NCBI RefSeq assembly: GCF_964355755.1 | Contig: NC_092673.1 | Location: forward strand, 4,712,001 to 4,776,000 | Length of the DNA stretch: 64,000 nucleotides | Reading direction: 5' to 3' | Origin: Antedon mediterranea | Taxonomy: Eukaryota > Animalia > Echinodermata | Shown here: piece after piece, positions 52,701 through 64,000 of the stretch | Numbering within the stretch: position 1 is the first letter of the stretch | Layout of the letters: each line of letters starts with the position of its first letter | Program-made: the position numbers and the translations under genes | The notes under the pieces: generated by a model | What the model was told of the DNA's origin: nothing | The model's input: the letters and a program-made list of their open reading frames with translations, nothing else | The model's database searches: none

Positions 52701-55700
52701 TTTACAACGTGACAATGTTTTTCATTTTTTTGTACACTTTTAAAGTCTGATATTTGAAAAATAACAAGTGTAAGTTAGAAATAAATTACCATATATTTCG
52801 GTGTATAAGTCGCACCTGTGTATAAGACGCACCCCCTAACTGAGAGTAAAATATCGGTATTTTTTATATCGTCAATGTATAAGACGCACCTTTTATTTCA
52901 TCAAAACAATCTACAACGGCGTCCTTCATTTAGGTTTTTTCTTACCTAGGCTCGGCCGCGCCCAGCCTCAACAAGTTCTTTCTAACTTGTTATTCATGAG
53001 TTTCGCCGCAACATCGAGTGCATGACCGTGTGTGTAACACGCACGTGTGTGGGCTAGCCTCGCTCGATCATTTCGAGAGGGCGCACGTTTTCACGGAAAA
53101 TCGTATTCGATTAGTATCTATGTATCTGAGAAGTGTGTACGCTAGGTCCATGCTATAATCACCTGGAGAATATACTAGTCGAATACCGTACACCATGTGG
53201 CCACCACACCAAAAGAAGGGCTTGCGCTTGGGGTACGGCGATCGTGCGTATAACTACTGTATAAATAAATACTATTCCAATTACGTAAACGTTTACAAAT
53301 GAAATTTTATCGAAGCGCCATAATGAACAAATCTTTTCATCATATTTAGTATAACATCATGCTAAAATGACTTGAAACATTAGGCGCAGGAGCCCCGGAT
53401 AGCGTTACGAAGTCGTTAACTCTGTCAGCCCATGGTCAACCCAACTAATGTGTTTTTCCCAAGGACAACTTATCAATAACTAAACTTTGTCACCACCCAT
53501 AAGTGTGCTGTTCATTTCCTATTGACCAATGAACACCAATGTAACTGGACCTGAGTTTCTTGCTATTCGACCTTGGGTGTTAATTATACAATTAATTGAT
53601 GTTAAGGCCACTGACTACTCTTTTCTGTATAGAAACACTGAATTGACTGAATAATAAGAAAACCCTACAATAATTTCTACTACTACTTGATATGGTGATA
53701 TACAAGAACTATATTAAAAGAATTGAATGTATGGAGAATGAAAAGTTAAACGTTATAACTTATGTAAAACATCACTTAGATGATATCTATCAGATATATC
53801 ATTTTCTAAAAATTGTTTCATTAGTTAGAATAGATCACGGAAAACCAATACCAATACTGATCTGGACTCGGAAATTCAAAATGTAGCAGGCAACGTTTCA
53901 CCAATGAAAACTTTCAAGACAAACAAAGTATCATAATTATCATGATATCCATTTTTATTTAATAACGATAAATGGATATAAATATTTCGTCTTTTTTGTT
54001 ATTTTGTGATGGAAAATATATTGAGTGAACATTGGCACTGAGCTTAAATGTTCCCCGTCCCCTTAATGTCCGCTTTATAGGAGTGTCCCCTCAGTAAAGA
54101 TTTGCTATTTTTCCCCTTAATAATAAATTATGATGTCCATCTTATCTCAATTTTAATGTGCTACACCCGATAATAGAATACACATCTAGCTCGTGTGTAC
54201 TTTAAAGAACCTAGTACATCTTTCGAGACGAGTGGAGGGTTACCCCGGGTGTATTAGTACATCACAGCCACTGATCACCAGTCTTTGACTGAAGAGGTTA
54301 CCCAGTATAAATATATATTTCAATTCAATTCAATAGAATAACTGTACAGTAGGCTCCCATTTGATGCAATGTGTTACCCAATGTGCTCAATTTGATTGTG
54401 CTACCCAAATCCATGCTATCTATTTGAAATAATTTGCTATCCATTTGAAAGAATGTGCTACCCGATAATCCGTATAGAATAATGTACAGTACAATTATAT
54501 CCATTTGATTGTGCTACCTAATGTGCTATCCATTTGAAAGAATGTGCTATCCATTTGAAAGAATGTGCTACCCGATAATCCGTATAAAATAATGTACAGT
54601 ACTATATCCATTTGATTGTGCTACCTAATGTGCTATCCATTTGAAAGAATGTGCTACCCGATAATCCTTATAGAATAATGTACAGTACTATATCCATTTG
54701 GCTGTGCTACCTAATGTGCTATCCATTTGAAAGAATGTGCTACCCGATAATCCGTAGGCTATAGAATAATGTACAGTACAATTATATCCATTTGATTGTG
54801 CCAAATAATGTGCTATCCATTTGAAATAATGTGCTACCCGATAATCCTTATAGAATAATGTACAGTACTATATTCATTTGATTGTGCTACCCAATGTGCT
54901 ATCCATTTGAAATAATGTGCTATCCATTTGAAATAATATGCTATTTGAAAGAATGTGCTACCCGATAATCCGTATAGAATAATGTACAGTACAATTACAT
55001 CCATTTGATTGTGCTACCTAATGTGCTATCCATTTGAAATAATGTGCTATCCATTTGAAAGAATGTGCTATCCATTTGAAAGAATGTGCTACCCGATAAT
55101 CCGTATAGAATAATGTACAGTACAGTACTATATCCATTTGATTGTGCTACCCAATGTGCTATCCATTTGAAAGAATGTGCTATCCATTTGAAAGAATGTG
55201 CTACCCGATAATCCGTATAAAATAATGTACAGTACTATATCCATTTGATTGTGCTACCTAATGTGCTATCCATTTGAAAGAATGTGCTACCCGATAATCC
55301 TTATAGAATAATGTACAGTACTATATCCATTTGGCTGTGCTACCTAATGTGCTATCCATTTGAAAGAATGTGCTACCCGATAATCCGTAGGCTATAGAAT
55401 AATGTACAGTACAATTATATCCATTTGATTGTGCTACCTAATGTGCTATCCATTTGAAGTAATGTGCTACCCGATAATCCTTATAGAATAATGTACAGTA
55501 CTATATCGATTTGATTGTGCTACCCAATGTGCTATCCATTTGAAATAATGTGCTATCCATTTGAAATAATCATGTGCTATTTGAAAGAATGTGCTACCCG
55601 ATAATCCGTATAGAATAATGTACAGTACAATTACATCCATTTGATTGTGCTACCTAATATGCTATCCATTTGAAATAATGTGCTATCCATTTGAAATAAT

Positions 55701-58700
55701 GTGCTATCCATTTGAAAGAATGTGCTATCCATTTGAAATAAATTTCTATCCATTTGAAAGAATGTGCTACCCGATAATCCGTATAGAACAATGTACAGTA
55801 GGCCTACTATATCCATTTGACTGTGCTACCTAATGTGCTATCCATTTGAAATAATGTGCTACCCGATAATCCTTATAGAATAATGTACAGTACTATATCT
55901 ATTTGATTGTGCTACCCAATGTGCTATCCATTTGAAATAATGTGCTATCCATTTTGAAATAATGTGCTATCCATTTGAAAGAATGTGCTATCCATTTGAA
56001 ATAGGCCTAATGTGCTATCCATTTGAAAGAATGTGCTACCCGATAATCATAGAATAATGTACAGTACTATATCCATTTGATTGTGCTACCTAATGTGCTA
56101 TCCATTTGAAAGAATGTGCTATCCATTTGAAAGAATGTGCTATCCATTTGAAAGAATGTGCTACCCGATAATCCGTATAGAATGCACAGTACAGTTATAT
56201 CATAGTTATATCCATTTGATTGAACTATCTATTGTGCTATCCGTTTGAACTAATGTGCTGTCTGTTTGAAATAATTCAGGTTTTTTTTTTAAATATGTTT
56301 TGCTATCCATTTTAAACGTGCTAAACAAGTTACATATTTGTTGATATAAATTTGCGGTACACCACGTAGGCCTATATTAGTTCTGAAAAGAACTGTTGAG
56401 TTGCTTGACGTTTCGATTTAGGCCTACTCCAAAGTCAAAGTCTCCAAAGCTATTCCATCATGTCGTATTCGGGGAATCGCCCACAAGTGTTTTCTCAGAG
56501 AAGGGTATGTTCTGTATGGGGTTCTGTATGCTATTTGTTAATAATGTACAAAAAATGAAATAAAAAATCATATAATTATCGGTATGTACGGAGGAAGCTC
56601 GAACAAGACGAAGCGCGAAACAAATAAAAGCGCAGCGCGAAACATCTGAAATGATATACAATTTCTCAAAACATGAAAACACAGAATATATTATATTAAT
56701 ATAACTTTTTAATATTTCCAAAGGCTCGGACAAGGAAGAAGGGCCTTAAAAAACTGAATTGCTATATGTTAGACCACATTTCCATAACTTTTCAAAACTC
56801 ATTGAACCCTCTGCTAGTAGGCTTAATTAATATAGGAGCGTATCGCCAAATCATTAGAGAAAAAAAAACATGGCATGAAGATGTAATTAATCAAACAACG
56901 GCCAAAGAATACCAACAATTTTAATTTAGGTTTCGATTCGTAATTACTAATGTGGTGGACTAAGCCTAGTTTGAAACTATAGTGACCATTTATTTTAGAA
57001 AGAAAGATAGACAAATTTGTTTCCATCTCCATGTTATTGTTAATACCAAGGCACTTTTCAATTAATAATTCTGGCCTAGTATTCTTGCAAGGTCGTCACA
57101 GCTCCAGTTACAAAGGTCGTCACAGCTCCAGTTACAAACGGTGATACAAAGTGTCAATCATTTGACCAGTGAACAGCCCACTGGTAGGATAGTCCTTGAA
57201 ACCGTCCGTAAAACACATTAATCACTCACATCAGTCATGCCGCTAATGGTTGAAAACCTCACTTTTTGGGGTTTTCAAACGTAACGCTATCCGGGGCTCC
57301 TGCGCCTAATGAACTAGGCAGAAGCAGGTTGCCGTTACGTTAGTTAGTTACTGTAGCTAGGCCTAGCCTACTCAGGCCTAGCAAACGAGGTGACGATAGC
57401 CTACTAGGCCTTGGCCTATGTACAATCTGTGTGGTGAGGCATTTATGTTCGGTGTATAAGACGCACCCTTAATTTAGAGGTCAAATTTGCGTGTCAAAAG
57501 TGTGACTTATACACCGAAATATACGGTATATTAAAAAAAAAATATAATTTTATTTTTGTCTTTAGTGTATGCTTAGATATCAGTATATACGTGTTCTAGG
57601 CAAGGTTGCATTTTAAAAATTTGCATGCGGACTCGGTTGCGGGTTGCTGGCCTTCGGTTTGCAACACTTCACGTGAGCGTGTCATAGAAACGCTTGAGAA
57701 AACAAATAAAACTAGTAACGATCACTTAAAAATGTGTCCATATTAGGGGTCTGACTTGATTATCATCATTATCGTTATTTTATTCTCAACTTTAAAGATT
57801 TGAACATTCAACGTGACTCAACGTTGACTGGAAATCAGGATTTACATCCTACACTTGAAGCTGTCCCTCTGTCGAGAATCTCAATTTTCCAACATAGATG
57901 CTTGGAAACAACACTTTCATCCTTAATACTTTTCCAAATTAGGTTTTTTGGAATTTTTGTTCATCTTGAATCCTTTTGTAATCTGCATATAGCACTAAAT
58001 AGGGTGTTACTTCTTTTTATTTCCACACAAATTCAATAGCAAGCAGTACAACTTGCTAATTACAGGATAGAAATTATAAACCATTTATAATGCTCTACAC
58101 TATCAAACTAGTTTGAAAAAAAAGTGTGTTATGCCCAAATATAGTAGTGATATGACACAATCATGTCAATATGGGCACATCACATTTTTTTTGTCACATA
58201 AAGTTTGATAGTGTAGACAAGGTTTAAGGCTGTGGTAGTGGCACTGTTTTGGCAATGAGGAAAAACCTGCTTAATGATTGAGAAAAGATTGGAACCTAGT
58301 ACCTGTGATTGATAAGCATAAGTATTTAACCACAAACCTACGATACTCACCTCAAAGTTTTCGAGAGATGGTGGAACATTTAGCTGATTGCGGTTGGGAA
58401 TTTCAACATGTCCGAAATTTTGACGAGCTGCTTCACACCAAAGACCAATATAGCCGTACGAGAAAACAGTTCGATCACCGTCAAATTGTACAGTAATATC
58501 TTCACCTGTGTACTTCCGAAGCACTTTAATTCTGAGAGAGAAAATTGTAAAGTTATGTTAATTATTTTTTATTTCATCATAAAAATTAATCACTGAAATT
58601 AAATCTTATTTGATCAACCAGCTGAAAATTCCAGTTGATACCAGTTGGAAATTTTAATTGGTCCAACTGGTATTCAACTGATTTTCAATTGGTCCGACTG

Positions 58701-61700
58701 GTTTCCAAATGGTTCAACTGGTTTTCTCAACTGGTCAGCTTTTTTTCCCAACTGGTTTTTAATTGGTCCAACTGGTTGGTTCTTTCAACTGGTTTTCTCA
58801 ACTGGTCACCTAACCTTTCAATTGTGAAGTGAGACATTTATTTTCTTATCAATCTAATGATGCTTACACAGCTATCTACCCATTCTGTGCCTGTTCCTTG
58901 GTTTCTGAATGTGTAAAAACAAACCAATCAAATGGCAAGGATACACTTGTGTGTTATGATAGTTAATTGTGATTGGATAAACCCAGATCATTACTTACCG
59001 ACCAGTCTCATCTGGAATACGAGAACCGGATGCTGATACGCTTCCAGTACCGACCCAAAAATATGCAGCTACAGTAATAAATAATTCACAAGTCAAGATA
59101 AACTGTACTCATAGAGAGAACATGAAAGTAGTAGTAAATTGCGGCAAGTTGTTTCATGATTTCAAATCAAGCATATGAATAACAATTTGCTATACTATGG
59201 GCTTTGCATGTCAATGTAATGCGTTCGAATCCCATAAACAATAAAAGCAATTGCACAGATTAGAAACAAATGGAAAGATCTTGTAAGGTGTATCTCCAGG
59301 ACAGCCCAGGCGGAGAAGTACATGGATCTCTAATTGGTAACGAAGCCGTAAATCAATATACAGTTTAACCATACTACTTCTTACCTGGACCTCTTCCATC
59401 ATACTTCAGATTGTAAAATTTCACCGTTTGTGTGTCAATGATTTCCACGCTGTCAGCCTCAGTATCATGAACAAGCCTATCAAATCCTAGATGTCCGAGG
59501 TTATGTGTTGATGGTGGAACAAAAGACGTGGCAATGTTGACATGTGCAAAGCTCATCTACAATGTAAACGTGTGATTAGGAGTTTATGTTTATTGTGTTT
59601 TGTACTGTTTTAAAGATATATTGCCCCCCTGAAAAAAATGTTTTTGTTGTTGTTGAATATGCCATTTTAATGTCACATAATTGTTATTCACTTTGACCAA
59701 AAATTGAATCGAGAAAAAAAAAAAAAATTATATACCTGAAAACACTGTAATTTAAAGCAAAAAATAGTCAAATTGGTTGTCAGCCAATGGGTTTGGTTAA
59801 ATTTAACTGTTTATTTTGTCATTTTATAAGTGAAAAAATTAACTTTACTAAAACTACAATATGGCCTATTGAATGTCTGATTTTAATAATCTTCATTTTT
59901 CATGTTTTTGGGGGACAATATATTTTTAAGGGCCAACGGACATTTACTTAAAATGAATACATTTCCTGAAAAGGGAAAGAAGAGGTCATGTTATGTTGGA
60001 AATATACACCTATGGGCATAATGTCAAAGCATGTACATATAGAATGTAGTTCATATTTTCTGAACATGACCTATTTACACCTTGTCTATCAAACTTTATG
60101 TGACAAAAAAATGTGACATGCCCATATATGGACATGATTTGTCATATCACTACAATATTTGAGCATATCACTACCATACTTGGGCATGCATCACACTTTT
60201 TTTGTCAAACTAGTTTGATAGTGTAGACAGAGCTTTAGGTTCATGAATGTACAAAAACACAGAATATGCCTCATCATTGCAGGGTGCAACATTTATCAGA
60301 ATTCAACAGTATCATTGAACCGTAGTAAAAATAAAATTGACTTCTTTATTATTCTACTAACAGCCACAAAAAAGCAGTTCAATGGAACATTACCGATTGG
60401 CTTTGACTCCACACAGCTATCCATTTGAGCTCTGAAATATCACCTCCAGGTGGTAACGAAATAATGAAGTTTTCATTGTCATAGGCACGAAGAGTGGCTG
60501 TTCTAAATGACAAAAGAAAACACATACAGTTAGATTGATACCATTAATCAATATATATATAAAGATATGTGCATTTTGCATAGCACGTTGGTTGAGTTTG
60601 TGCACTCTTTGTGTTCATAATCAGTGTAGCATGTCCCACAGTGATATAACTGGCTCATCCTATATTGTGCCTGTTCTGCAGTATATATCATTTCAAAACA
60701 TGGGCTGCACTGTTGAGATTTATTATTGAAACAGTACTGTTTGCAGATTGGATATATATTAATTCATTTCCTGTATTTCGGATAGTACATCTTATTATTA
60801 TTTTTATTAGGATAGTCGTAAACCTGGTCACCAACAACTATAACAATGATAAAGAATAACATTATAGGCATACTGCACATTTTCCAAAAATTAGAAACAT
60901 CTGTAATATTTACTAGTAACTGCAATTGCATCAGGGATCTAAGATTATTGGTAATTTTATGCATTCTCTGATTGTGCAGTTACCCATTGCTTCTATGAGC
61001 TTGAATCTAACCAACCCTAGCCATCATCTGAACAAGCTTGGTGGTTTTAATATAAATGTCAGGCTATTGGTCGGGAGGTCCTAACCAAGAATTACTTGTG
61101 TTCTCAATGTACTGAACACACAGTATAATTGGAATTCAATCATATGAGTTTACCTTCCGATTTCATCAGGAATTAAACTGCCTGTATCATCTGGTGAAGT
61201 AGAAGTTCCTGCCCAGAAATATGCATCTAAAACAAACATATCAAAACCATGTAAATTTAAATATATTTCTCCCCATAAACATAGTGGTATACATTAGCCT
61301 ACAGTACAGTACATATGTAAAAAAAAATGTATAGGTTTATTCTTAGGCTTGGTTCCCACTAGACTGCAACGCAAAGGGATTTGACCAATCACAAGCGATG
61401 GATTATTTTAACAGTTTTGTATGATTGGTGGTCAACTCGCTTGTGTTGTATCTACATCTTTGCGTTGCGTCGCTAGTGGGAACCGCGCTTTAATGTGAAA
61501 GAGATATTCCATAACTTCTTTCCTTCTTTAGTTCAACATTATAAAATCACTTCTTTTACTTATCATCTAGCTATTCAGTTCATCCACTCTTATATGTTCA
61601 TGAACAGATAAATTAAAAGGGGGAGGGAAAAGTGGTGTATATTTGAAGCATGCATTCCATTTCGATTCAAGTCTTGTTTAAACATACTGTATCTTGATAC

Positions 61701-63972
61701 ATACTGCTCCATCAACCCTATCTTGATAGAATGATTCAGAGTCAGGCTTCCCCTTTTGGCAATCAAAATGATCAACCATTTCACATCACTGTATAAATGC
61801 GTATGTCAATGACCCACTATACAACCCCTGGGAGAGGAGCGTCATTTATCCGATGTGCATTATAATATATTTTATGAATACCAAGACACATTCCTGCATA
61901 AAAAATGTGACTATACCTTTAGGTAACCACGAACCACCCATTTTGAAGACCACTTACTGGGGTTGTTCATGATATGGTGGATGGTAAAGTGATGGACATT
62001 GACACCCCATTGTTCATTGGTTTTTTGATGCACCCCTGCATCATTAATTATTTGACCGGGGGTCATATAGTGGGTCATACAATTTCACCAAAAAATAAAC
62101 AAAGTCGGCGCTGGACAAGGGCCACACACTTTAACCATTATTAGCACTTCTGTTTTCTTGTTTTTCTGCCCATCGCCAGTCATACCCACCTCAACTAAAA
62201 TCTACAACATGACCTTTTATCAAATTTACCTGGTGCATTTCCATTGTATGTAAATCCTCTCAACCAAAGTTTGTTGTCATTGATGGCATACACTGTGCCT
62301 TGAATATCATATGATGGAGTGGACTGCTGACCAAAATCTCCAATCTCCTTCCCAAAGTAGTCAACAGCTTCTTGGCCTTTTACTCCTGGAATAAAATAGC
62401 ATTAAAATTATGATAAAAACTAGGACAAATGTATGCAAAAAACAAAAACATGCTCTAAATCCGACAAAAAAATCCCTCTAGTTAATGATGAGTAAGGGCA
62501 TTGCTGGCAGCCTCACATATCAAGTCGAAGTATTACAAAAACCCAACATTTAAAGCCCGGAGTGACTTTGGTGGGGCTTCCCTTTTTATGCCTATATGAC
62601 TCTATGTTCTCTGTTATTTTTTGTTCAAATTGCTCAAGAAAATCAACGTGCAATTTGAAATTAATTTTGTGCATCCTGGCACAACACAGTAGCCTACCAG
62701 TTACTACCACTACCACCCACCAGCCGGCCAACAATTGAAGAGGCTATATCATTATTATTAGCACCTAGTCTAGGCCTAGCTAGCCCTACTGTGAAACATG
62801 TGTGACCTATTTTTTATTAGTAACTTAGTAGTAGCCAGGCCCTGGATGACCCACTTCATTGTTCAGAGAGAGAAACATATACAAACTAAATAGCCTAGGC
62901 CTACACCACTGTAGATTAGGGCCTAGCCTAGTACTAGCATAGGCCTACACTCACACACAGTAGCTAATGCATAATAGTAGTAGGCCTAAATTAGCCCTAA
63001 ATAAAGTAGTACAGTACTGGAGTGTTGTAGGGTCCCTTGCCTAGGCCTAATATAGCCTATCTATGGCTACGAAGCCTACTACTCTAGGCCCCTAGGCTAA
63101 ACTATGGCCTAGGCCTAGCCTAGTAGGCCTAGGCCTAGTACTAGGCTAGGTAGGCCTACTACTAGTTAGTAGGCCTAGGCCTAGCCTAGCTAGGCCTAGG
63201 CCCTACTACCTAGGCCTATTTCAAGTTAGAATTGATTCCATTCTACTCTAGCTAGGTAGGCCTAGGGCCTAGGCCTAGCTTGCTATTAATAACCTGCAGT
63301 TCAAATGTCTTAATTTTTCCCGTCCACGTGTCATTTCTCCTCATCTTGGGCCTAGGCCTACCCTAGCTGGTTATTTATAATTATAAACTTCATCCTCTCT
63401 GTCGTCCCCAGTTAATTATCTCGTCCGTCCCCCGGACGTGACGACGACGACGCGATGGGATCGAGCGCCTTTTTTATATTACCCTCGCTTTTACCATGTG
63501 ACTTCACTATTAACCAATCATCTTGCGACATAAGATAAGATAAGATAACATGAACACAACAAGGCGAACATGAAATTGGTTATTAGGACATTAGGCTTAA
63601 TTAGATTTAAAAAAAAAAAACGTAACATAAAGGGCCGGATCTGTGTAATACATAGTGTCAAGTCATTAGTATCCATTCATCCAGTAATGGATGTTAATAT
63701 CCTAGTTAGCACAATTCTCCAGTCAAGATATAATATCAGCCTAATATCAGCAAAGAAGTCAGCGGCCGCTCGTTCCAATTAACAGCCAATCATAACGTCA
63801 AACACGGAAAGAGCTTGTGCTACATATAGGCCTAGGTCTATCGGTATTTGCTGTTCTGAGATTCACCATCCGATATGAAAATCTTAATAACGAAAACTTC
63901 TCCGGAGAGGCCCTACCTACCAGATATTAATAATACTATGAATTCCAATATGAAAAGGTTTGTACAGGCCAT
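46769..63972 (-). CDS. Skeletor: Skeletor-like DM13-DM13-DOMON protein, secreted, probably GPI- or membrane-anchored, about 661 aa
   Basis: Exons 63921-63972, 62230-62385, 61154-61226, 60394-60502, 59385-59556, 58999-59068, 58351-58531, 52139-52381, 51848-51971, 51185-51292, 49531-49704, 48987-49180, 48506-48533, 47884-48050, 46769-46903; all phases consistent, total 1986 nt. Signal peptide MACTNLFILEFIVLLISGVKG; DM13 motifs YNGNAPDAYFWAG and YDGRGPAAYFWVG; DOMON YMAFGLSG..MFGADV; Skeletor motifs GWGISWYIN, YHPFYIT, TPDIVYYQCYTHRFLGWQI. Confidence 0.9.
48265..48449. mobile_element. MITE family A copy
   Basis: AGCTCTGTCTACACTATCAAA...TTTGATAGTGTAGACAGA with TTA duplication. Confidence 0.8.
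49858..51072 (-). mobile_element. 5'-truncated CR1/L2-group LINE with open RT C-terminal frame
   Basis: ILGPLLFLLYVND, LYADDT, FLGV..D..LTWK and WNSLP motifs in a 302-aa ORF; 3' UTR ends in (TGAAA)n. Confidence 0.9.
51410..51690 (+). mobile_element. CR1 LINE 3' fragment
   Basis: Translates LEDRRSRGDMIETYKIIHG...TRGHPFKL, the typical CR1 ORF2 C-terminus. Confidence 0.75.
53378..57311. mobile_element. CACTA/EnSpm-like non-autonomous element carrying a satellite
   Basis: Perfect 32-bp TIR CATTAGGCGCAGGAGCCCCGGATAGCGTTACG, flanked by AA on both sides; superfamily assignment is an inference. Confidence 0.8.
54355..56275. repeat. Complex satellite of 21-bp and ~65-bp sub-units with a ~633-bp higher-order period
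   Basis: ATGTGCTATCCATTTGAAAGA and ATGTGCTACCCGATAATCCGTATAGAATAATGTACAGTAC modules; the diagnostic variant TCCGTAGGCT occurs at 54751 and 55384. Confidence 0.95.
58091..58224. mobile_element. MITE family A copy (degraded ends)
   Basis: TCTACACTATCAAACT...AGTTTGATAGTGTAGAC. Confidence 0.7.
58618..58808. repeat. Degenerate AACTGG/CCAGTT-rich repeat
   Basis: Recurrent CAACTGGTT motifs at about 10-12 bp spacing. Confidence 0.55.
60082..60234. mobile_element. MITE family A copy
   Basis: CTATCAAACTTTATGTGAC...TTTGATAGTGTAGACAGAGCT. Confidence 0.7.
61346..61489. mobile_element. MITE family B short copy
   Basis: GGCTTGGTTCCCACTAG...CTAGTGGGAACCGCGCT with TTA duplication. Confidence 0.75.
62760..63365. 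repeat. TAGGCCTA-rich low-complexity tract in intron 1 of the Skeletor-like gene
   Basis: Dense irregular AGGCCT/CTAG palindromic words. Confidence 0.75.
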
Positions 63973-64000
63973 TATTAACGCCTTTGTAGAGAACTAAATA

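Larger units (their letters stand above)
52789..57526. mobile_element. Tc2/pogo-like non-autonomous transposon hosting a nested insertion
   Basis: TA|CCATATATTTCGGTGTATAAGTCGCAC ... GTGTGACTTATACACCGAAATATACGG|TA; subterminal GTATAAGACGCACC repeats. Confidence 0.85.

Noticed and set aside
54355-56275. CRISPR-like regular repeats
   Set aside because: No unique spacers, no cas genes, eukaryotic intron context; it is a satellite.

Overview
AT-rich eukaryotic (invertebrate-like, intron-rich) genomic DNA, not prokaryotic. Bases 1-19 kb are largely non-coding, with MITEs and short arrays. Three gene-level loci can be built by hand from splice sites. (1) A complete + strand gene (CDS 19737-25276, 7 coding exons, about 1279 aa) encodes KH-like + Macro + Macro + RING-HC + RING-HC + Deltex C-terminal domain, i.e. 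a PARP9/PARP14-type macrodomain module and a DTX3L-type E3 ligase in one polypeptide. (2) A downstream tandem paralog (32.8-43.5 kb) has lost its start exon and its RING/DTC exons. An intact, intronless TKL (MLK/ZAK/DLK-like) kinase exon sits in front of it in compatible splice phase, giving a kinase-macrodomain chimera that carries frameshifts. (3) A complete - strand 15-exon Skeletor-like gene (DM13-DM13-DOMON, signal peptide, hydrophobic C-terminus; CDS 63972-46769, about 661 aa). Mobile DNA includes a 3.36-kb non-autonomous Helitron with a visible empty-site copy, Helentron-like elements, Harbinger-, Tc2/pogo-, CACTA- and IS3EU-like MITEs (several nested), a tRNA-derived SINE, CR1/L2-group LINE fragments, a Penelope fragment and several satellites. 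All calls are by eye; no database searches were run.
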